This document shows positions 1 through 8,218 of a stretch of 64,000 nucleotides of DNA, piece after piece. Positions within the stretch are counted from its first letter, which is position 1; each line of letters opens with the position of its first letter. Both the position numbers and the translations under genes were made by a program. The stretch spans positions 2,976,001 through 3,040,000 of the forward strand of contig CAWDML010000001.1 in the NCBI GenBank assembly GCA_963803435.1, in the 5' to 3' direction. Below the pieces are notes generated by a model. It did not search any database, had not been told where the DNA came from, and saw only the letters and a program-made list of their open reading frames with translations. The DNA is from an uncultured delta proteobacterium. GTDB taxonomy: Bacteria; Myxococcota; Kuafuiibacteriia; Kuafuiibacteriales; Kuafuiibacteriaceae.

Positions 1-726
1 GTCGGCCCGGATGAAGCCCTTCCCGTGGGGGCTGTCCTTCTGGTGGCACGAAGAGCAGACGCGCTTGCGCTTGAGCGACATCTTCGCGCCCTTGTGGCAG
101 TCGCGGCACTCGGCTTCGGCGTGCTTTCCGATCAGCGGCAGGCCAGCTCGATCGCCGTGGTTGAAGAAGAGGTCGGCGGACTTCATCTTCTTCCGCTTTC
201 CGCCCTCCCCGTGGCAGTCGACGCACTTGCCCAGCAGATCCTTGCTGGTGAACTCGTGCACGTTCCCGTGGCAGCCGACGCAGGTGGAGTCGAGACCCAT
301 GAACGAGGTCCTGCCAGTGGCCAGCTTCTGCTTGTGGCACTTGGTGCAGGCCACCTCGGCGTGCACGCCGGTCAGCGAGAACTTCGTCCGGTCGTGCTCG
401 AAGTCTCGCCGCCCGCCGACCTGTCCCCAGTCGCTGATGTTCGCCGACCGGCCTTTGTGGTCGGTGTGGCAGTCGACGCACTTCTTCTTCTCTCCGAAGC
501 CTGTGTGCATCGCGCTCTTGGCGAGCGTCTTGTGGCAGTCCTTGCACTGGCGGTTGACCACGCCCTCCCCCAGCACGTGGCACTTCTTGCAACCGTCGGG
601 ACCGTCGAGGTCGTGATGTCCGCGGACCAGCGGCCCGGGAGAGTTCGCGAGAAAGTCACCCCAGCCCTGGGCGAGGGCGCCGCTGGGCCAACACAGGGCG
701 AGCAACGCCAGCAGGCGCGGTCTCAC
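1..726 (-). CDS. Periplasmic multiheme cytochrome c (partial; runs off window start)
   Basis: Not in the ORF track; translated by hand. GTG at 726 overlaps the TGA of the upstream gene. Signal peptide MRPRLLALLALCWPSGALA is followed by 8 CxxCH motifs in the visible part (CKKCH, CKDCH, CVDCH, CTKCH, CVGCH, CVDCH, CRDCH, CSSCH) and FxH..T.F.L.G.H spacers. Confidence 0.9.
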   Translation of the reverse strand, partial: MRPRLLALLALCWPSGALAQGWGDFLANSPGPLVRGHHDLDGPDGCKKCHVLGEGVVNRQCKDCHKTLAKSAMHTGFGEKKKCVDCHTDHKGRSANISDWGQVGGRRDFEHDRTKFSLTGVHAEVACTKCHKQKLATGRTSFMGLDSTCVGCHGNVHEFTSKDLLGKCVDCHGEGGKRKKMKSADLFFNHGDRAGLPLIGKHAEAECRDCHKGAKMSLKRKRVCSSCHQKDSPHGKGFIRAD

Positions 727-1901
727 CAGACCTCGCCTCCACGGTCAGGTGTCAACCCGGCTTGCATCGGTCTAAGCGTTCGCACCTCCTCCTCGACCCA
801 GTCGATCCAGGCCGACTCCGGATCGATCGTCCGCATCTGATCGAGCACCTCGTCGGCGTCCTTGGGATGTCCGGTCCGGGCCAGCCAGCGCGCCTGATGC
901 GCCAGATGGGGCAGATTCGCCGGCTCGAGGTCGATCGCCGCCTCGAACGCCTTGTCCGCGGCTTTGCGCCGGCCGCCCGAGGCCAGGCTCACACCCACCA
1001 GGAACGCGGCCTCCGGATCCCGCGCCTCGGTCGCGATCTTCTGCAGCATGGGTTGCAGGTCTCCCAGCTGGCTCGGAGGCGTGATCAGCGCCCGCGCCAC
1101 CACGGCGTCGAAGGTCCCCTCGCCCACCGCCTTCAGGAGCTTCTCGACGCTGCGCTTCCGGTCCTGGCTCGAGTCGACGTACCGGTAGAGCGTCGCCTCC
1201 GCGCGCGCCATCAAGGGCGCCAGCTCGCGCGTGCGGTGAGTGTCGTCCGCGAGGAGCCGGACGCGATCGAGCGCCTCGTCGGCGTGGCGGAGCTCGCCGG
1301 TGCGGAGGAAGCCCTCGAGGTCGTGGACCAGCGTGGCGCATTCTCGGGACTTCTTGAGATCGTGCGCGACCCAGCCGGCCGCGACGAGACCGACGGCGAA
1401 GGTTCCGACCATCAAGGACATGAACATCCGCCTGCCCTTGCGCGGGGGGCGCAACGTGCGGACCGCCGTCAGCTGACCGTACTGGGTCTCCTCGTTGAAA
1501 AGGTCGCCGCCGAAGAGAGCGTTGAGCTGCGACTCGAGCGACGCCGGCGTGACCGGGTCGATCGCCTGCGTCGGGGCGGACTCCCAGCTCTCGCTGACCC
1601 GCGAGGCGCGCGCGGCCCGGATCCGCATGACCTGGGTCGGAGGCGCCGCGGGCTTCGGCGGATCGCCGGGGGGGCCCACCACGGTCTTCGGCTCGATGAT
1701 GTACCTTCCCACCTCGCGCAGAAGGGCCGCGTTCTCTTGCGAGCGGTCCAGCCGATAGGCCTCGCGCGCCCAGGTCAGCGCCAGGTCCGCCTTGCCGATG
1801 CGCAGCCAGGCCCGCGCGACCTCCGCCCGCCGCGCCGGATCCTCAGGCGCGGCCTTGGCTGCGAGGATCGCTTCCCTGACGCCTCCCGAATCAGATCGCA
1901 T
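723..1901 (-). CDS. Single-pass membrane protein with TPR-like repeats on both sides
   Basis: N-terminal TPR-like helices, Pro/Thr-rich linker, TM segment (MFMSLMVGTFAVGLVAAGWVA), C-terminal TPR-like motifs (FEAAIDLEPAN, MRTIDPES). Confidence 0.7.
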   Translation of the reverse strand: MRSDSGGVREAILAAKAAPEDPARRAEVARAWLRIGKADLALTWAREAYRLDRSQENAALLREVGRYIIEPKTVVGPPGDPPKPAAPPTQVMRIRAARASRVSESWESAPTQAIDPVTPASLESQLNALFGGDLFNEETQYGQLTAVRTLRPPRKGRRMFMSLMVGTFAVGLVAAGWVAHDLKKSRECATLVHDLEGFLRTGELRHADEALDRVRLLADDTHRTRELAPLMARAEATLYRYVDSSQDRKRSVEKLLKAVGEGTFDAVVARALITPPSQLGDLQPMLQKIATEARDPEAAFLVGVSLASGGRRKAADKAFEAAIDLEPANLPHLAHQARWLARTGHPKDADEVLDQMRTIDPESAWIDWVEEEVRTLRPMQAGLTPDRGGEVW

Positions 1902-1904
1902 CGA

Positions 1905-4529
1905 TCACCCCGCTGCTCGGTAGAGGAGCGCGACCACTGCGTGCACGCTCGCAACCACCAGCATGAGCGCGGTCAGCGCGACATGAAAGGTTCGCCACGC
2001 CGCTGCGACGCGCTCCGCGATCGCGAAGATGCGCTTCCTCAGCGTCCCCTTGTTGGCGACCACCTTCACCTCGAGCTCCGCCACCGCGTTGCGCATGCGC
2101 GCCGATGTGAAGAAGTACCGACCTATCCCACCGGAAATGACCACCAGCCACATCAGCCAGAACGCCACCGACGGCCAGCGATCGAGCTTGAGCATCGTGT
2201 GAAAGCTGACGAACGCGGGCCCCACCAGCCCGGCGATGATGTGTGCGAACAGCCACGCCCGGGTGGCGGCGAGCGGGCGGAGGAAACCGAGTCGGGAGTG
2301 GAGCGGATAGAGCGCGGTCGCCGCCATCATCGACGTGCCGGTGATGCCGAGCCAGAAGCCCAGGCCCTCGCCCGATGAGAGCGCACGGCGCATCAGGCTC
2401 ATGCTGGGGACCATCGCCTCGAGGAAGCACTCGACGCCGGTGAGCGCCGTCGCGATCACCGCCACCAGCACCGCGGCCGCCGCGATCCGCGTCCGCCGCC
2501 GGACGATGCCCCCCACGAATGGGCGCTCCGCGAAGCGGATCTTGTCGTCCGATCGATCCAGGAAGACCTGCTCCGGCTCGAACTCGAAGATGGCGCCCGT
2601 CGGACACGCCGAGATGCACGCCTGATCCGAATGGCCGGCGCAGTGGTCGCACTTGCTGGCGTAGAAACGGTTTCCTCGGCTCTTCGCCAGCGCCGCCATC
2701 TCCCTGGAGCCGGGCTCGAGGATCTCCACGCCGGCGGCCTTGAAGAACTTCGTCGGCGGTTCGCCGCCCAGCATCGCGAAGATGAAGTCGTTCTCGATCG
2801 TCCGCTCGCCTTCCTTGAGCCCGAGGACGACCCGTCCCGGCTCGATGCCCTTCACGCTCGACTCGAGCAGGACCTCGACCTTGTCCTTGGCCTGATACTC
2901 CTGGAGGCGCGTGCGGTTGCCGCCCTTGATCCGGCCGAAGCTGTCGCGGCGATACGAGATCGTGACGATCGCGCCAAAGTCCGCGAGCGACATGGCCCCC
3001 TCGACCGCCGAGTCACCGCCGCCGACCACCAGCACGCGTTTCTTCGCGTATGGCTCCGGATCCGTGAGCGCGTAGGCGACGCGCGACTCGTCCTCGCCCG
3101 CCACCCCGAGCTTGCGCGGGTCGCCGCGGGTCCCGGTCGCCAGTACCACCCGCCGGGCCCGGTAGCTCCCCTTGCTGGTGACGACGTCGAAGTTCCCGTC
3201 GGCGCCCTTGGTCACCTGGGTGACCGGCTCCTTGCTGTTGATCTGGAGGCCGGTGGTCTGGATGACCTCGGCCCACTTGGCGATCAGCTGCTCCTTCGTC
3301 GTGTTGCGCAGCCAGAGCTGGCCGTATCGCGGAATGTGCGCGGGCTCGGCCATCACCAGCTTGTTGCGAGGATACGATTGGATCGTCTCGGCGTAGTTTC
3401 CTTTGTCGAAGATGATGAAGTCGTAGTCCCGCGACATACACTCGAGGGCCGCGCCCAACCCGGCAGGCCCGGCGCCGACGATGATGACGTCCGTGACGCC
3501 GGGGACCTCGCGCGACTCGATCTCCTCGGCGATGCTCTCGATCGCCGCCACGCCGCCGTTGATCGCGACCTTGATCAGCGCGGCGCCCGAGGCCTCACCG
3601 GTCAGATACAGGCCGGGCACGTTCGTGCGCCCGGACAGATCCGTGTTCGGCATCGGGTTGGGAAAGTCGGTGACGTCGTACGCCGTCTCGATCATGTTGA
3701 TGACGCCGTTCGGACACGACTCGTAGCAAGCGCGGCAACCGACGCACTTCTTCGGATCGATGATCAGCTCGTCCTCGATCTTGTTCAGCGCGTCGAAGCC
3801 GCAGGCGGGCAGACAGCGGTGGTCCGTGCAGGTCCGACAGGAGATCGGGAAGGAGAGCTGCCCCAGGATCGGACCCTTGCGCTGCAGGCGCGGGACGCCG
3901 TGACGATCGGCGCAGGCGCGCTCACACCCGTCGCACGCGATGCACGCCTCCAGATCGATCACCTTGAGCGTGCTCGCGAACGAGTAGTTGTGCTTCAGGT
4001 AGAAGTCCTGGATGACCGGGAGCGAGCGTTTTCGGTTGGTCTTCCATCGGTCGTGGAGCGCCTCGAAGTGCGCCTTCATGTCGGACGCCCACACGGGGTA
4101 CCGATGCATGAGGGACTCGAGGTTTTGCTTGGGGATGGAGGCGAGGACGGTCTCCATGGTGGCGACGCAGTCGAGGCCGCCGCCGGAGCGCAGGTAGTCG
4201 TCCGAGAACGCGTCGCCCTCCACGAAGAAGGTGACGAACGGGTGCTCGTGGGCCGGCTGCCCGTTCACGATCTTGACGTCAATCTTCTCGGCATCCTTGG
4301 AGGTGAAGTTCTGGAGGACGCCGACCTGCCCGATCGCCACCACGTAGTGCGTGGGGCCGCGCCGTCGGTCGACGCTGCGCGACAGGCGATCCCCCGGAAA
4401 GAGGTGCACCCAGGTGCAGCGCGCCTCGAAGGCGGCCACACCGTCGTTCGGGAGTCGCTCGAGCAGAGACATCCGCCGCAGCGACTCGAACGGCTCGGCC
4501 TCGAACTTCGCCGCAAGATTTCCGGCCAT
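1905..4529 (-). CDS. cNMP-binding-like / 4x[4Fe-4S] ferredoxin / TrxR-like FAD-NAD(P)H domain / heme-b-type membrane domain fusion
   Basis: Probable start MAGNLAAKF at 4529. Four Cys4 groups (CIACDGCERAC, CRTC..CLPAC, CVGCRACYESC, CDHC..CISACP), DVIIVGAGPAG, LATG and VVGGGDSA. C-terminal TMs carry two H-x13-H pairs. Confidence 0.85.
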   Translation of the reverse strand: MAGNLAAKFEAEPFESLRRMSLLERLPNDGVAAFEARCTWVHLFPGDRLSRSVDRRRGPTHYVVAIGQVGVLQNFTSKDAEKIDVKIVNGQPAHEHPFVTFFVEGDAFSDDYLRSGGGLDCVATMETVLASIPKQNLESLMHRYPVWASDMKAHFEALHDRWKTNRKRSLPVIQDFYLKHNYSFASTLKVIDLEACIACDGCERACADRHGVPRLQRKGPILGQLSFPISCRTCTDHRCLPACGFDALNKIEDELIIDPKKCVGCRACYESCPNGVINMIETAYDVTDFPNPMPNTDLSGRTNVPGLYLTGEASGAALIKVAINGGVAAIESIAEEIESREVPGVTDVIIVGAGPAGLGAALECMSRDYDFIIFDKGNYAETIQSYPRNKLVMAEPAHIPRYGQLWLRNTTKEQLIAKWAEVIQTTGLQINSKEPVTQVTKGADGNFDVVTSKGSYRARRVVLATGTRGDPRKLGVAGEDESRVAYALTDPEPYAKKRVLVVGGGDSAVEGAMSLADFGAIVTISYRRDSFGRIKGGNRTRLQEYQAKDKVEVLLESSVKGIEPGRVVLGLKEGERTIENDFIFAMLGGEPPTKFFKAAGVEILEPGSREMAALAKSRGNRFYASKCDHCAGHSDQACISACPTGAIFEFEPEQVFLDRSDDKIRFAERPFVGGIVRRRTRIAAAAVLVAVIATALTGVECFLEAMVPSMSLMRRALSSGEGLGFWLGITGTSMMAATALYPLHSRLGFLRPLAATRAWLFAHIIAGLVGPAFVSFHTMLKLDRWPSVAFWLMWLVVISGGIGRYFFTSARMRNAVAELEVKVVANKGTLRKRIFAIAERVAAAWRTFHVALTALMLVVASVHAVVALLYRAAG

Positions 4530-4596
4530 TCTCGCCGACTGTGTCACCCGGAGAGAGCCAGATGATGAAAGAAAAAACCGGCGTGTTATCCTCCGC

Positions 4597-5946
4597 ATGG
4601 GCGTGACCGATCCCCGACAGACGATGGTCGAGACGGGGCTGGTGACCTCCGGAGCGGCCCCCTCCCACAAGGTTTACGTGTGCCGCGTGACCGCGGGCCC
4701 CTCGGTCGGCAAACAGGTCTCGATCGGTGGGCGCGCCGTGGTGGTCGGTACCCACGCGGTGTGCGATCTGGTCGTCGAAGACCCAAAGGTGTCGCGCAAG
4801 CACGTACAGCTCCAGGCGGCACCGGAGGGGGTCCGGATCAAGGACCTCGACAGTCGGAACGGGACGTATGCGGACGGCGTCCGGGTCTACGACGCGGTCA
4901 GCCCGCTCACCGGCACCTCCACGCTCTCAGTACGGCTGGGCGACACCACGCTCAGGGTCCGGGCCACCGCCGCGCCGAGCATCGCCCCCAGCCGGCGCCA
5001 GCGGTTCGGCGCGCTGGTCGGTGAGAGCCTCGCGATGCGCGAGATGTTCGCGGTGCTCGAGCTGGCCAGCCCGACCGACGCCACCGTGCTGCTGCAGGGC
5101 GAATCGGGGACCGGAAAGGAGTTGGCGGCCCGCGCGATCCACGATCACTCGTTGCGGGCCGAGGGTCCATTCGTGGTGTTCGACTGCAGCGCCACCCACG
5201 CCCAGCTCGTGGAGTCGCAGCTCTTCGGTCACGTCCGCGGCGCGTTCACCGGCGCGGTCCAGGAGCGGAAGGGCGCGTTCCTCGAGGCCCACGGCGGGAC
5301 GCTCTTCCTCGACGAGATCGGCGAGCTCCCGCTCGAGTCGCAGGCCAAGCTCCTGCGCGCGCTGGAGGCGCGCACGGTCCAACCGCTCGGGAGCGACCGG
5401 CCCGTCTCGGTGGATGTCCGCGTGGTGGCGGCGACGCACCGCGACCTGGCGGCGATGGTCGACCAGACCGCGTACCGCTTCGATCTGTTTCACCGGATCA
5501 GCGTGGTCCACGTGGCCATCCCCCCACTTCGCGAGCGTCCGGAGGATCTCCCGGTCTTGATCCGCAGCTTCTACGAGGGCCGCGGCGTCGAGCCTGGGCC
5601 GATCGAAGGCGTCCCGCTCGAGCGCCTCCACGCCCACAAGTGGCCGGGCAACGTCCGGGAGCTGAAGAACGTCCTCGAGCGCGCCTTCGTCCTTGGTGGA
5701 GATGCGCCCTTCACGCACCTCGACCTCTGGGTGGGCACCGGCGAGCCGTCGTCGACGGCGCCGGTCGACGTGAGCCTGACCTTCAAGGAGGCCAAACAGA
5801 AGGTCGTGGAGGCCTTCGAGCGCCAGTACCTGGCGGCCCTGATGGAGAGGTATCATGACAATCTCTCGGCCGCTGCGGACCACGCCGACATCAATCGGCG
5901 CCACCTCCGCAAGCTGCTCGAGGACCGCGGGCTGAGGAAGGCGTGA
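4597..5946 (+). CDS. FHA-domain sigma-54-dependent transcriptional activator
   Basis: FHA motifs VSRKH and DLDSRNGT; AAA+ GESGTGKE, GAFTGA, LFLDEIGE, WPGNVREL; C-terminal HTH. Confidence 0.93.
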   Translation: MGVTDPRQTMVETGLVTSGAAPSHKVYVCRVTAGPSVGKQVSIGGRAVVVGTHAVCDLVVEDPKVSRKHVQLQAAPEGVRIKDLDSRNGTYADGVRVYDAVSPLTGTSTLSVRLGDTTLRVRATAAPSIAPSRRQRFGALVGESLAMREMFAVLELASPTDATVLLQGESGTGKELAARAIHDHSLRAEGPFVVFDCSATHAQLVESQLFGHVRGAFTGAVQERKGAFLEAHGGTLFLDEIGELPLESQAKLLRALEARTVQPLGSDRPVSVDVRVVAATHRDLAAMVDQTAYRFDLFHRISVVHVAIPPLRERPEDLPVLIRSFYEGRGVEPGPIEGVPLERLHAHKWPGNVRELKNVLERAFVLGGDAPFTHLDLWVGTGEPSSTAPVDVSLTFKEAKQKVVEAFERQYLAALMERYHDNLSAAADHADINRRHLRKLLEDRGLRKA

Positions 5947-7376
5947 GGGAGGAAGCATACCCGGTCATCCCGAACTTCGACGTTCTCACCCGTCTCGGCT
6001 CGGGTGGGATGGGACGCGTCTACCTCGGCAAGCATCGCGGCGCGTACGGCTTCGAGAAGCTCCTCGCGGTCAAGGTGATCCATCCGGAGCGCGATCACCA
6101 CAACGGGGTCCGCGCGATGTTTCTCGACGAGGCCCGCCTGGTCGCCCAGCTCCACCACCCGGCGATCGCGCAGGTCTACGACTTCGGCGAGAGCGAGGGC
6201 GCGCTCTACCTGGTCATGGAGTACGTCCCCGGGGTCAGCCTCTCCGAGATCCTGCTGGAGGGCCTCTCACCACCGCCGCTGATCTGCGCTGCGATCGCGG
6301 CAGGCGTCTGCCGCGGCCTCCATGCCGCGCACGAGACCAAGGACGTGGAAGGCCGCGCCCTGAACGTGGTCCACCGGGACGTCACCCCGAGCAACCTGGT
6401 CCTGACATTCGGCGGGCAGATGAAGATCCTGGACTTCGGGATCGCGCTGATGCGCACGCGCAGCGCGCCGGCCACGAACGTCGGTCAGATCCGAGGCAAG
6501 CCCACGTACTTCTCGCCGGAGCAGATCGACGGCGACCCGATCGATCGCCGCACCGACATCTACTCCTTATCGATCGTGCTTCACGAGATCTTGACCGGGC
6601 AGAAGCTGTTCTCGCTCGACGAGTTCCTCAGCCGTTCGGTGCCGGAGACCGAGCAGAGCTGGAAGGAGATCGCCGGGACGATCACCCCGCCCTCGGCCAC
6701 AGCGGGCGAGCTCCCCAGGGGCCTCGACGAGATCGTGATGAGGGGGCTGGCGGTCGATCCAGAGGATCGCTACCCGGACGCGCGCGCGATGGCTGTCGAT
6801 CTGGAGGCGATCATCGAGCGCCACGGGTGCGAGTCCCTCGAGGCCTTCGTCGAGCGCGAGCTGGCGCCGCATCGAGCGGTGCACGAGGGCCGGATGCGCA
6901 GCGTCCTCGGCGGCACCGGACCGAACGTGGGCGCGCTCGACCAGCACCCCGGCACGCTCGACGACATCGGGCCGGCGCCCGAGCCCGAGGTGGCGACCGA
7001 GGTCGGCCGCCTGCATGCGGAGCCCGACACTCAGCTCGATCGGCGACCCCAGCGCCGCCACCGGTCCGGGCGAACGCTCTGGCTGGCCGCGGCGGCGATC
7101 GCGATCGCGATCGTGATCCTCCTGGCGCGCGGCTCGGAGCCGGAGGCGGAGCGGCTCCCGCGAGAACCGCCGCCGGCCCTGCCGCGGCGCGCCCACACCC
7201 AGGTGAAGCCGCCGCCGATCGTTCTCCCGAAAGAGACACTCGATCAACCGGCGCGGACCCTCGATCCACCACCGCAGCCGCGGCGCAAGCGAGTGAAGCG
7301 GAATGCGTCGTCCAGGAGGGCGGCCAAGAAAGCTACCAAGCGCCCGCCCGCCGACGGTATCATCACCGAGTGGTAA
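5943..7376 (+). CDS. Membrane-anchored Ser/Thr protein kinase
   Basis: LGSGGMGRVY, AVK, HRDVTPSN, DFG, YFSPEQ, DIYSL; C-terminal TM segment. Confidence 0.93.
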   Translation: MREEAYPVIPNFDVLTRLGSGGMGRVYLGKHRGAYGFEKLLAVKVIHPERDHHNGVRAMFLDEARLVAQLHHPAIAQVYDFGESEGALYLVMEYVPGVSLSEILLEGLSPPPLICAAIAAGVCRGLHAAHETKDVEGRALNVVHRDVTPSNLVLTFGGQMKILDFGIALMRTRSAPATNVGQIRGKPTYFSPEQIDGDPIDRRTDIYSLSIVLHEILTGQKLFSLDEFLSRSVPETEQSWKEIAGTITPPSATAGELPRGLDEIVMRGLAVDPEDRYPDARAMAVDLEAIIERHGCESLEAFVERELAPHRAVHEGRMRSVLGGTGPNVGALDQHPGTLDDIGPAPEPEVATEVGRLHAEPDTQLDRRPQRRHRSGRTLWLAAAAIAIAIVILLARGSEPEAERLPREPPPALPRRAHTQVKPPPIVLPKETLDQPARTLDPPPQPRRKRVKRNASSRRAAKKATKRPPADGIITEW

Positions 7377-8218
7377 GCGCTGCAAGGCAGCTTGCGCTTT
7401 GCGCCATCGCCTCGGTCGCGCTCCTGCCCCGGGTCGCCCGCGCCGAGTCCGACGCGTCCAAGGCCCGGATCCTCTTCGAGGAGGGCGTGTCGCTCGCCAA
7501 GGATGAGAAGTGGTCGGACGCGCTCGAGAAGTTCGAGTCGTCCCGAGCCCTGGTGGAGCGCCCCAGCACGGTTTTCAACATCGGCACCACGCTGATGCGG
7601 CTCCAGCGGCCGAAGTCGGCGATCGACGCGTTCGAGCAATTCCTTGCGCTCTCCGATCGGCCGGATCAGACCCGCGCGGCGCAGGATCTGATCGAGCAGG
7701 CGCGATCCAGCCTCGCGATGATCGAGCTGACCATCGAGCCCAAGACCGCGCGCCTGGTCGTCGACGGCGAGGCATTCCCGGCGGACGGGCCCATCCGCCG
7801 GCTGTCGCTGGATCCCGGCAAGCGGACGTTCGAGGTCAGCGCCGACGGCTTCGGTCCGGTCCGCGAGACGCTCGCACTGGATCCCGGCGCCCGCCTGGCC
7901 CACACCATCGCGCTGGTGCCGGTGTCGCCGCCGCCGCCGGTCGTGGCGATCGCGCCGCCGATCGCGCCGCCGGCCCCACCGATCGCGATCACGCCTTCGG
8001 TCGAGACCCAGCCCGTGGAGGAGACCAGCATCGTGGCCAGCCCGTGGTTCTGGGTGGTGGCCGGGGTGGTCGTGGTGGGGGCTGCGGTGGGGATCGGGCT
8101 CGGTGTCTCCCAGCGGAAGGTGGGGGACCCCACCGGCGGGAATACGGGGGAGGTGATCACCCATGAGAATGTTTCATCTCGAACGCGGATTGGTGCGACC
8201 CATGATCGGAAGTCGACT
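7370..8218 (+). CDS. Secreted TPR + PEGA-like protein with C-terminal membrane anchor (reads through in frame into the next CDS as sequenced)
   Basis: GTG 7370 overlaps the kinase stop. Signal peptide ending VARA, TPR (ARILFEEG..WSDALEKF), PEGA-like (IEPKTARLVVDG..VSADGF), Pro linker, PWFWVVAGVVVVG TM. No in-frame stop before 9991. Confidence 0.7.

Noticed and set aside
11-840. Plus-strand ORFs 11..616 and 25..840
   Set aside because: Antisense shadows of the minus-strand multiheme cytochrome; the repeated WQS/WH is the reverse of the CH codons.
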